From an uncultured Nitrospiraceae bacterium (GTDB lineage Bacteria; Nitrospirota; Thermodesulfovibrionia; Thermodesulfovibrionales; Dissulfurispiraceae), in contig CAVSHF010000003.1 in the NCBI GenBank assembly GCA_963727805.1, positions 1,024,001 to 1,088,000 of the forward strand: DNA of 64,000 nucleotides. The letters are read 5' to 3'. The number at the start of each line of letters is the position of its first letter. Positions within the stretch are counted from its first letter, which is position 1. The notes below the pieces were generated by a model. The model was not told where the DNA came from. It ran no database searches and worked only from the letters and a program-made list of their open reading frames with translations. Below, in pieces: positions 40,489 through 49,654 of this stretch. The position numbers were made by a program, and so were the translations under genes.

Positions 40489-41265
40489 ATGTGGAACATA
40501 CGCATGAGAGCCTCAAAACAGGCGAAAAGTGGGAAATCAGGTGCGGAAATTCCGACTGAAATTCACATTTCAGGCGCAGAGGGAATTTATGAAGAGCCTG
40601 ATATATCAAAAATATGCTCGGAACTCATACGCCGCGCGTTGTTCCACCAGCGGGGAAGACCTGACAGGATTGTCCTCACCGTTGAAGAGATAAAAGAAAG
40701 TCCACTAAAAATCTCTCTCCTACCGATCAGAACACTCGAATGTATTTCTCCTGAGATAGCGTGGGAGGTGATCGTTCAGCACATGATGGAACATGGTGTT
40801 TCGGTTCAGGCGTTGAAGACCGCTTTCAACGTCCTGAAATCCGAAAAGACCATGAGGGGTGCTGCGCTTATAACAGTAAAAACGGGCAGGCGCCGGGAAA
40901 CAGACAGGGAAAGAGGGATCAGAGTATCCCGCCTAGGCATGGATAAGACATCTGAAAAAAAACTGGCGCGCAAACTCTCAGCCCTGCACATAAATAATCC
41001 TACCGTCAAAGAAGCCTTTATCCTCGCTTCCAAGGTTGCTTCATGCAAGGATGTCGTTGCCGAAGTCTGCATCTCCGATGATCCCAATTACACAACCGGA
41101 TACATAGCTTCCCGCACAACTGGGTATCTGAGAATACCCAACATCAAGAAGCCCGGTGAGTTGCACGGCGGAAGGGTCTTCTTTGTCAGAGAAAATTTCG
41201 GCAAGCAAAAAGTCATAGACTACCTTGAACGAAGATCGGTGCTCCTGGTATGCACCCATGAGTAA
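40489..41265 (+). CDS. bioW: 6-carboxyhexanoate-CoA ligase
   Basis: IRMRAS, HISGAE, MRGA, RGIRVS, SDDPNYTTGY, GGRVFF. Confidence 0.92.
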   Translation: MWNIRMRASKQAKSGKSGAEIPTEIHISGAEGIYEEPDISKICSELIRRALFHQRGRPDRIVLTVEEIKESPLKISLLPIRTLECISPEIAWEVIVQHMMEHGVSVQALKTAFNVLKSEKTMRGAALITVKTGRRRETDRERGIRVSRLGMDKTSEKKLARKLSALHINNPTVKEAFILASKVASCKDVVAEVCISDDPNYTTGYIASRTTGYLRIPNIKKPGELHGGRVFFVRENFGKQKVIDYLERRSVLLVCTHE

Positions 41266-42250
41266 AAGAATCGTAATTATCGGTAATCCCGTGGCTGGCG
41301 GCGGTGCAAGAGAAAAGATATCCAAAGCTTTTTCCATTCTCAAGGCTGCGGGACACAATGCTGAAGTGAAGTTGACCTCCCAAAAAGGCGATGCTGAATC
41401 ATTTGCCCGTGAAGAATCCGCACGATCCGACACCCTGGTTATCGCCGCGGGAGGCGACGGCACATACAATGAAGTGGCCAACGGACTTCTCCATTCAGAC
41501 ACCCCCCTTGCCATCCTCCCGTTGGGCACGACATCAGTTCTCGCAAGGGAATTAGGCATTCCACTGAATACTGAGAAAGCCCTTGAAGTAGCCCTGAACG
41601 GCCGGATCGAGAAGGTCCATCTGGGGAGGATTTCATGGAATCCGTACTCACTTCCCTTTGCCAAAGAGGCGACGAAGAGTATTGAACCTGCTCGTCACTT
41701 TTTGTTGATGGCCGGTATCGGATATGATGGGAGCGCAGTATATGGCGTCAATGAAATGCTTAAAAAATATTCCGGCAAGCTAGCTTATATATTAAGCGGC
41801 CTCTGCTCCATCGTTAATTATCATCCGGATCCGCTTATATTACGTGCTGAGATCGGACATCGGGACAATATCGAAGGAGGAATGTTCCGTATTCAGAGGA
41901 AATACTGCTCAGTGACCGATGATTCACTACACTCTAGTGGATATACCGTTATTGTGAGCAAGGCTGCCTGTTATGGTGGAGACATGAAAATAACGCCGGA
42001 CGCGAGCTTAGCATCGCCTTTTCTCTATGTCTTTGTTGGGCACAAAAAGGGAAGGCTCAATCTTATTCGGCATTTGGCCGCCATAATTGCCGGAAGAACA
42101 CTTACCCTGAAGGATATCAGCTATTTCAGGACGGACGAAATCACGATCGAAGGCAATAGCCACATCCAGCTCGATGGTGACTACGCCGGGACAACACCCG
42201 TGAAAATCGACGTTGTACGCAATGCCCTAAATCTTATAGTGCCTAAATAA
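41258..42250 (+). CDS. Diacylglycerol/lipid kinase family protein
   Basis: NPVAG, GGDGT, LPLGT, QLDGD. Confidence 0.92.
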   Translation: MSKRIVIIGNPVAGGGAREKISKAFSILKAAGHNAEVKLTSQKGDAESFAREESARSDTLVIAAGGDGTYNEVANGLLHSDTPLAILPLGTTSVLARELGIPLNTEKALEVALNGRIEKVHLGRISWNPYSLPFAKEATKSIEPARHFLLMAGIGYDGSAVYGVNEMLKKYSGKLAYILSGLCSIVNYHPDPLILRAEIGHRDNIEGGMFRIQRKYCSVTDDSLHSSGYTVIVSKAACYGGDMKITPDASLASPFLYVFVGHKKGRLNLIRHLAAIIAGRTLTLKDISYFRTDEITIEGNSHIQLDGDYAGTTPVKIDVVRNALNLIVPK

Positions 42251-42254
42251 ATAG

Positions 42255-42944
42255 TTATTGGGGGTTAACAATCGACCTCAGCGCTCCAAGGTTCCTAATA
42301 ACAATCTTGCCGCTCACATCCTTAATGAGTCCCGATTTTCTAAATCTGCTCAGGACCCTGATCGATGTCTCGACGGTAGTCCCTACCATCTCCGCAATAT
42401 CCTGCTTAGTAAGTCGCATTGCAATCGCAATCTCTCCCGCAGTGGACTTTTCGCCAGTCTTTTCTGCGAGTTTCAAAAGGAGGGCTGCAATCCGCGATTC
42501 TACCCGTTCGAGGGCGACATTTTTTAGCGTATCGTGAAGTTCTCGGACACGTTCGCCTAAATTGGCGGTAATATCATACATGATGTTCGGAAACCTTTCG
42601 ATGATACGCATCAGGTTATGGCGGGATATCCGGTTTGTTTCACAATCCCGCATCGCAATGGCGTTTGCCGGATATGGAAAGCCCTTTAAAACTGCAAAAC
42701 CTCCAAAAAATTCACCTGGAGATAGTAGCTCAATGATGATTTCCTTGCCATCATGGGATAACTTTGTGATCTTCACCTCCCCGTCAAAAAGAACGTAGAA
42801 CCAGTTCGAGGGGTCTCCTTCGGAAAAAATCGTCTCTTTCTTGCGAAAAGATTTTCGCTCGATGTAGGAACCAATCTCACCAATTTCTTCTTCGCTGAGT
42901 CCGGAGAATAAGGGTATCTGCCTAAGATATTTATTGTCAGTCAT
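42255..42944 (-). CDS. Crp/Fnr family transcriptional regulator
   Basis: YPANA; HTH LTKQDIAEMVGTTVETSIR. Confidence 0.93.
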   Translation of the reverse strand: MTDNKYLRQIPLFSGLSEEEIGEIGSYIERKSFRKKETIFSEGDPSNWFYVLFDGEVKITKLSHDGKEIIIELLSPGEFFGGFAVLKGFPYPANAIAMRDCETNRISRHNLMRIIERFPNIMYDITANLGERVRELHDTLKNVALERVESRIAALLLKLAEKTGEKSTAGEIAIAMRLTKQDIAEMVGTTVETSIRVLSRFRKSGLIKDVSGKIVIRNLGALRSIVNPQ

Positions 42945-43357
42945 TTTAGTAATGCATAATCCTGAATGGATAGTTTCTGAGCAGTTATCCCGATGCCTCA
43001 ATTAATATAAATCAATGAGTTATAATAGTCAATATCATTGAAATCATTTGTCAAGCCAATTTAGAAATGTCTTCTTTTTCACAAAAATAGAAACCTCGAC
43101 AGTAAAACGCCAATTGTTTTCGCCGCTGTCATTGCAAATCTTTTCTCTTATACGATTCTTGCTTTCATGGATGATTAGCGCTAGATCGATAATAATCGTC
43201 TTTACTTCCAGACACTCAAGGCGGTTATCTCAGACGTGAGGCCTTATTCCTGAAGTCATCTTCAGAATGACATTTTAAGGAATTATCCAGCTTTAAAATG
43301 AGAAAACTATCAGGGAATAATTATTCAAATTAGGGTAAGGTAAGATTAGTATGACAA

Positions 43358-43909
43358 CTACTGACCACCATCTCTGCCACTGCCGCTGCTCATCAATTTC
43401 TTTTCCACATCATCATAAAGTTTTATATGTACTTCAACATTACTCTTGTCCTGTAGAAAATAATTGATATACATTACATCCTGTCTTCCGAATGTGATCT
43501 GTCTGTAAAAAGGTCTCACTTCGTATCCGATAATTTCGGAATTGTAGGTAAGTATCTTGCTTATCCAGGACTCCATAAAATCAGGATGCCAGCTGACGAA
43601 TCTCTCCGCCGTTTCTAAGGCCTCCTTGGCCGGCAGGTCTTTTATGACCCGATAGTCGAATGCAGGCGCAAAAATATCAAAAGTATATCCGCTGTCCTTC
43701 CGAACGAGGAATGCCACAGTAGCAATATCATCATAATGGTTTGCACCGTACAATATCACCGTAAAGTTGCCTGTTATCCCAGTCTTATCCGCGAGCTGCG
43801 TCTTAAGATAGTTCTGATTAAGAGAGCACGCTCCGCATAAGAGAGCGAATAAAACAACGGAGGCGGCAATGAGCATTGTACCAACTCGTCGCATATAAAT
43901 ATGATACAA
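43358..43909 (-). CDS. Putative lipoprotein
   Basis: Hydrophobic leader ending in a lipobox-like LCGAC. Confidence 0.65.
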   Translation of the reverse strand: MYHIYMRRVGTMLIAASVVLFALLCGACSLNQNYLKTQLADKTGITGNFTVILYGANHYDDIATVAFLVRKDSGYTFDIFAPAFDYRVIKDLPAKEALETAERFVSWHPDFMESWISKILTYNSEIIGYEVRPFYRQITFGRQDVMYINYFLQDKSNVEVHIKLYDDVEKKLMSSGSGRDGGQ

Positions 43910-43977
43910 ATTTATATTCCAACAAGCAAATCCCGCATCATTTCATCCTGAATAAACAAAGAAAAGCTGTCAGCCTT

Positions 43978-44139
43978 TCATTCATCCATATTTTCTGAAG
44001 AGATATGAGAGTGCTCGTTTGCTTCTGGGTTTGACACTAGTCCGTCCAACTCCTTGCGAAACTGAACAGCTTCATCGGGAGTGAGATATAGCTGAGGTCC
44101 TCGGACTGAATTCTGTTTATGAATATCAAGCATTCTCAT
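43978..44139 (-). CDS. Small hypothetical protein or remnant, 53 aa
   Basis: Manual translation MRMLDIHKQNSVRGPQLYLTPDEAVQFRKELDGLVSNPEANEHSHISSENMDE; weak RBS. Confidence 0.35.
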   Translation of the reverse strand: MRMLDIHKQNSVRGPQLYLTPDEAVQFRKELDGLVSNPEANEHSHISSENMDE

Positions 44140-44242
44140 GATAGGCTACTAAAATAATTGCACATAGCCAGATAGTAGTGGATCTGGTTGCGCTGTCTGA
44201 CCCGACGCATTGCAATTATTAAATATCGAGTTTCGCCCGGCT

Positions 44243-45583
44243 CTATCCGATCTGCCCGCTTTTGGTGCTGCTCTGCACAGCATGGTACAAGCGTTCCACC
44301 AAGGCCTGATTGTATCCATGTGAGGTCATGTTGGCGATAATGCGTCCTCTGATGGGCAAGCCGAGGAGATAGAGGTCTCCGATCAGGTCCAATATCTTGT
44401 GGCGCACGAATTCGTCAGGATAACGAAGCTCCGTATTGATGACCTTGCCGTCGTAAAGAATGATGTGGGAATGAAGATATCCGCCGCCGACCTTTCCAAG
44501 CTTCTGGGCCATCTCGATATTCTCAAAGGTGTTGAAGGAGCGGGCAGGGGCTATCTCCTTTACAAAAGATTCGCTTTCAGGATTGAATGTAAGAATCTGT
44601 TCGCCTATAGGTAGCGGATAGTCAACCCTCATCGATATTTCGAACCCCTCAAAGGGCTCCGCATAGAGATGCTTTTCGCGCGGCTCCTCGTGTCCCACTC
44701 CTATCTTGCGGCGAATGACCGCAACCTTGGTGAAGGCAGGCTGTTCATCTATCCCTGCCTCTTCTATGAGGTCGCAGAAATCCTTGGCGGACCCATCTAT
44801 GTTCGGTATCTCCGCTTCAACCTTTATGAGCACGTTGGTTATGCCGTACATGGAAAGAACTGCCATCAGATGTTCAACGGTGCGCACCCGCTGCCTACCG
44901 TTGTTCAGGGTGGTAGAATTGGCAAAGAAGGTCTTCGATGCGGCAGTCTGGGTAAAATCCTCAAGGGAAGTGATATGTCCACGGATGTTATGGCCGTCAA
45001 GAGTTTGAAAGATGATCCCTTCGTTGATCCCGAGAGGACTCAGAATGACACCGGTGTTCCGGCCGCTCAGGAGCCCTATCCCGTTCAGGAGCACATTTCC
45101 TCTGAGTGTGCGCTGAGGCATAGGGGAATCCACTACTTCCACCATCCCCGCCTGCACCGAGAGGTCGGCACTGACGATCTCAAGCTCGGTATCCGAGGGC
45201 AAGGTCGCGCCGCTTCTGGAAGACCGGTGCTTAAGGGCGGACGCCACCTTATCGAGTAAAACTTCCAGATGTAGGGGTTTTTCCAGAAAATCGTAGGCTC
45301 CGGCCTTTATGGCGGCAACTGCCGCCTCGATACCGGCATGTCCGCTCATCATGATGACGGGGAGCTCGGGGCAGCGTTCATGCAGTCGTTTCAGGATTTG
45401 CATGCCGTCCATACTCGGGAGCCAGATATCCAACAGGACGAGAGAGGGCTCCATGGTGTCGAGCCTCTGCCACAAGCTGTCAGCATCCGTAAATACGACG
45501 GTCTGATACCCCTCGTCCTTCAGGATGTCCGCTATGGTGGAACAGATGGAAGATTCGTCGTCTACTATATAAATAGGGTTCAT
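44243..45583 (-). CDS. lpxC: Response-regulator receiver fused to UDP-3-O-acyl-GlcNAc deacetylase
   Basis: REC (VDDE, LLDIWLP, MSG, EKP) followed by LpxC motifs QRTL, TVEHL, EIPNIDGS, APARSF, RHKILDLIGDL, SH. Confidence 0.9.
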   Translation of the reverse strand: MNPIYIVDDESSICSTIADILKDEGYQTVVFTDADSLWQRLDTMEPSLVLLDIWLPSMDGMQILKRLHERCPELPVIMMSGHAGIEAAVAAIKAGAYDFLEKPLHLEVLLDKVASALKHRSSRSGATLPSDTELEIVSADLSVQAGMVEVVDSPMPQRTLRGNVLLNGIGLLSGRNTGVILSPLGINEGIIFQTLDGHNIRGHITSLEDFTQTAASKTFFANSTTLNNGRQRVRTVEHLMAVLSMYGITNVLIKVEAEIPNIDGSAKDFCDLIEEAGIDEQPAFTKVAVIRRKIGVGHEEPREKHLYAEPFEGFEISMRVDYPLPIGEQILTFNPESESFVKEIAPARSFNTFENIEMAQKLGKVGGGYLHSHIILYDGKVINTELRYPDEFVRHKILDLIGDLYLLGLPIRGRIIANMTSHGYNQALVERLYHAVQSSTKSGQIG

Positions 45584-45803
45584 ATAAGACACCTGATGTT
45601 CCTCTCGGTCTGAATTGAGGATAGAGTAAAACAATAAAGGACGATTGTCAAGGACATGCTGTTTGCGCCTGTACCAGGATAATCAAGATACCACATATCG
45701 TTTCTGAAGACGCCCATAATGATTTTGCCAGATCCGTTAGCAGTATCAGGTCCATTTATTTAATACGATAACCCCAAGTTTTGTAATGACCGGTGCGGTT
45801 AGG

Positions 45804-46997
45804 TCAATACATAGATCCTTTATCAACCTTTCGATTTTCCCCTAGAGGGAAATAGAGTAAAAAAGCGGAGCCTCTTTCAGGGGCGCTGTTGACGGAGATT
45901 AAACCTCCGTGGTCCTCCATAATCTTCTTCGCGAGCGACAGTCCAAGACCAACACTCCTCTTCGATATCTTTGTGGTGAAAAAAGGTTCGAATATCTTAT
46001 CGATGACTTCCGGTGGAATTCCTGCGCTGGTGTCCCTGATTTCAACTACTGCATATTGTTGCGATTCCACCGATCTCATGGAAGTGGATACGAACAGTTC
46101 GCCCCCCTGTGGCATAGCTTCGACGGCATTGGTAATCAGATTGCCGATTGCCTGCTTGGTCTGCTCCTTGTCGAGCATAATATCAGGGCTATCAGAGAAC
46201 GTGGTTTTAATAGTTATGTCGTGTTCCTTACACACTTCCTTATAGCTGTTGAGTACTTCATCAATAACGGCATGAAGATTATGTCTTTCGAGATGAGGCA
46301 CAGCCATTCTTGAATAATCCAGGACATCCTTCAGTGTCTGTTCGAGGCCCAGCACCTCTGCGACGATAGCGCCTGCATATTCTTTTTCCATTGTTCCATC
46401 TTTCAGTACAGAGAGCAAACGCCTTGCAAATCCCCCGACTGAGGTCAGGGGATTTCTTAGCTCATGAGCAACATTCGCCGATATCCGACCGAGGGCCGCC
46501 AGCTTTTCACTTTGCGCGAGTTGTTCCTGGATATCGACGTACTCGGTTATGTCCCTGACGGCTGCAGTAACGAGCAAGCCTTCATAAGTCTGAAGAGGAC
46601 TCAGACTAATATCGGCCCTGAATTCAGATCCATCCTTTCTTAACCCGAAGATTTTGGTACCAGACCCCATTGTGCGGACGCGAGGACTCGAAAAAAAATC
46701 CATGACATTTTTTTTATGACGATGCCTGAAACGTTCCGGGATGAGGATATCTAATGTCTTGCCAGTCAATTCGTCCGAGGCATAGCCGAAAAGCCTTTCG
46801 GTCTGGGCATTGATCATAACAATTGCGTTATCGCTGCTGATGAAAATCATCGCATCTGGCGCAGCTGCAAGAAGCTCTTTGTAGCGCCTCTGAATTCGTT
46901 GGAATTCAACCTCGCAGGTCTCCAGCTCATTGAGCTTGTGACGCATATCATCAAGTTCCTGCACCAGCTGGTCTTTTGATTTACAGATATCGTTCAT
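45804..46997 (-). CDS. Cytoplasmic PAS sensor histidine kinase
   Basis: PAS (LIPERFR, RKDGSEF), AHELRNPL, FEPFFTTK, GLGL. Confidence 0.93.
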   Translation of the reverse strand: MNDICKSKDQLVQELDDMRHKLNELETCEVEFQRIQRRYKELLAAAPDAMIFISSDNAIVMINAQTERLFGYASDELTGKTLDILIPERFRHRHKKNVMDFFSSPRVRTMGSGTKIFGLRKDGSEFRADISLSPLQTYEGLLVTAAVRDITEYVDIQEQLAQSEKLAALGRISANVAHELRNPLTSVGGFARRLLSVLKDGTMEKEYAGAIVAEVLGLEQTLKDVLDYSRMAVPHLERHNLHAVIDEVLNSYKEVCKEHDITIKTTFSDSPDIMLDKEQTKQAIGNLITNAVEAMPQGGELFVSTSMRSVESQQYAVVEIRDTSAGIPPEVIDKIFEPFFTTKISKRSVGLGLSLAKKIMEDHGGLISVNSAPERGSAFLLYFPLGENRKVDKGSMY

Positions 46998-47143
46998 CGT
47001 TCATGCGGTCTCCTTAGTGAGATGATTACTGGGTTCCCTGCTGGCAGTATCGGCAGCGGACAGCCGCCATTTGCGATTATGAGACATCTCGTTTACTTCA
47101 GATTCCTAATAAGATGCTAGGAATTTGCTTTTCAGGAGCGTAT

Positions 47144-47488
47144 TCATTTGCATTGCTTGACACATTGACTTGCATCTCCTTCAGCACTGCAAGACTGTCC
47201 GACTGCATAACAATAGTTTTTCTCGTCCTTGGAGCAGCCACAAATAACCGTGTCGGCAGCAACGGTCTTATCTTCGCTGCTTTCATGAGTCCGTGTCGAA
47301 CATGTCGTGTTTTGTATATCCCACGATCCATCATTACACTTATACCCATAACCGGACTGGCAGGTGAATGATCCCGAAGAGTAGAGAACTCCGTTATATT
47401 TGCAATTCTCCATGGCCCATCCTGTGCCGGTAATCAGACTCACAACAGCAATCAATATTACTCCCCTGATAAGTTTGTTGCAGTTCAT
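47144..47488 (-). CDS. Small secreted Cys-rich protein
   Basis: Signal peptide; 10 Cys in the mature part; GGAGGA RBS. Confidence 0.7.
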   Translation of the reverse strand: MNCNKLIRGVILIAVVSLITGTGWAMENCKYNGVLYSSGSFTCQSGYGYKCNDGSWDIQNTTCSTRTHESSEDKTVAADTVICGCSKDEKNYCYAVGQSCSAEGDASQCVKQCK

Positions 47489-47563
47489 AATTCATTCCTC
47501 CCTGTTCGCTCTCTTACCGCAGATATTTCTCAAGCCGTCCATGAGCACCTTGAAACCCTGCCT

Positions 47564-47579
47564 TGTTACAAATGTGACA
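47564..47579. promoter_or_regulatory. Crp/Fnr/CooA-like palindrome
   Basis: TGTTA-N6-TGACA upstream of ORF 47488. Confidence 0.4.
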
Positions 47580-47715
47580 ACCCGCGGCCATATTAAAATG
47601 ATAACGAAGGATTTGCGCAAAAGATAGCATCTTCCCAACTGCGATGGCCGGATGAGATATTCTGTATACAGATTAGAATGCGTATTCCAAATTTTTTGGA
47701 CACTGCTTCAGAACA

Positions 47716-47852
47716 TGAACCCTCTCAGCCGGGCTAAGCCCGGAGGTTCAGGCCTCTGGCATAGCCTGCTATGCCCTTTGCCGTTGTTGGTCCTTGATAT
47801 ATCTCCAAATGACTTCTTCGTCTACCTTGCCTACTGTTTCAGCAAAATAGCG
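47716..47852 (-). mobile_element. IS200/IS605 remnant (tnpA 3' end plus terminal hairpin)
   Basis: Minus frame YFAETVGKVDEEVIWRYIKDQ (Y1 transposase C-terminus) followed by the hairpin CCGGGC-TTA-GCCCGG. Confidence 0.75.
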
Positions 47853-48387
47853 GCCATGCATACTACGGGGCGAAAGCTGTGGGACTGGAAACTACGTCTT
47901 TCAACAACAATCCTTCCTAAAGTTAACGCCTGCTAAAGACGGTCACTCCGCACTGCTGGAGCGTTGACATGAGTGCTGCTTTTCAAGGGAAAAATTCGAG
48001 ATCGCGATCAGGTCTAAAGGTAGGTTTTACAAAAACTGTAGCCTCAGCGCTCGATGTCGACCCAATCCATCACAGTGTAGTTTCTGGCTGAGATTTAGTG
48101 GGCACACAAGACAAAGGAAAGCGGTTATACTTAAAATAGGCATGTTGTATAAGGAGAGAGATAGCTATTATGTGCTGAAAAAGGGATAGTTTAGTTTACT
48201 TGCTTTTTTCATCGTTTGCGAAGAATATATCCACATGTAGCCCCAAGAAACTCTAAAGCTATATCCAGTGATAGATACTGCAAAGTAAAAGTAATAGATA
48301 TTATACCTCACACTCCGAGCACAGCAATGAACCAATGAAAAAAGCACAAGTTTTCGGTATCAGTCTTGATTTATGGAGGGAGCTGAC

Positions 48388-49032
48388 ATGAGTATATCAA
48401 ATGGTTGAGAGGGATTTCTCAGCAAAAGGCGTATCGAAACGCTCACTGATGGTATCTTTGCGATCTCGATGACTTTGCTGGTGCTGGATATGAGGGTACC
48501 GCACATACTAGCGCAGGCAGCACTGGAACTCAGAGTGTATGACCTTTGGCCCAAGTTCCTCATATATGTGCTAAGCTTCGTGATATGCGCTGTTTTCTGG
48601 GTCAGTCATAGTATCCAGTTTCATTACATCAGATGTGCTGACCGCATTTTCTTTTGGATTAATATTCTGTTCATGATGTGTGTCGCCTTCATTCCTTTTT
48701 CAACCCATCTCCTTAGCGAGCACATAGAACAGCGGTTTGCAGTAATATTTTATGGCTGTCATCTTATGGCAATCTGGATTTGTCTGTATATCCACTGGTA
48801 CTATGCGACCAGCGGTCTCAGACTGGTTGATAAAAATATTGATGCGCGTATTATAGGGGCAGTATCCATGCGAATACTCGTTGCTCCTATTATCTATCTG
48901 CTTGCCATTGGTTTTTCTTTCCTAAGCACGGGATTAAGCATAGCACTGTATGCGTTTATCGTCATTCTGCACATTTTGCCTGGTCGTATCAACCGTTATT
49001 TGGTTTCATCAAAAAACATAGAATCTGAGTAA
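48388..49032 (+). pseudogene. TMEM175-family K+ channel interrupted by in-frame TGA at 48406-48408
   Basis: RBS GGAGGGAG, then MSISNG*EGFLSKRRIETLTDGIFAISMTLLVL..FWVSH..FIPFST. Confidence 0.7.
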
Positions 49033-49393
49033 TATTATTAACATACCCTATAAAAAAATATTGTCGATAAGGAAACAGGGAGATCCGGAACGTGGGACCG
49101 AGTTTAGCCTTTCAAACTGCTAATATTATATATATAAGAACTGGATTTAAGTATGCTCAGAGAATGTCAGGATAGGGCAAAAAAGTAATAATATATCTGG
49201 AGTGTTTTTCTTGATAACCATTTCAGCATAATTCTATAATGCATCGAGTCCAACTTATAAAAAACCGCAGGTAAAGCCTCCAGAACGAAAACCCGCTGCT
49301 CCTGCAGGCAGTCCAGATCCTAAAGAAGAAAAGAAACCTGCTAGGCCTGCTGAGAAAGAGAAGCCTGAAGAACCTTAAGGATAATCAAATCAT

Positions 49394-49425
49394 GCCATAA
49401 GGGAAATGAGACATTCCCTTATGAC
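49394..49425. terminator. Hairpin downstream of cooS
   Basis: CATAAGGGAA...TTCCCTTATG inverted repeat. Confidence 0.45.
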
Positions 49426-49654
49426 ATCTAATAAATGTCAATAAAGAGTCCTGGATTGTAAGAAGATGATATTGACAATGGGATATTTTGCACTTGTATC
49501 TCGGCATACAGATCGTTTCCCGGGGATCAGGAATATCGCGGCAATTTTTTCTGCCGAAATACACTTGTCTGATTGATAAATCACAGGGGGCACTTTCTGA
49601 TGGGATCCCCCTGTGAGTCTAAAACTTTTTCCGCAATGAAAGATATCAAATCAG

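Noticed and set aside
49200..49380. Pro/Lys/Glu-rich short reading frame
   Set aside because: No valid start or RBS; at best a decayed gene
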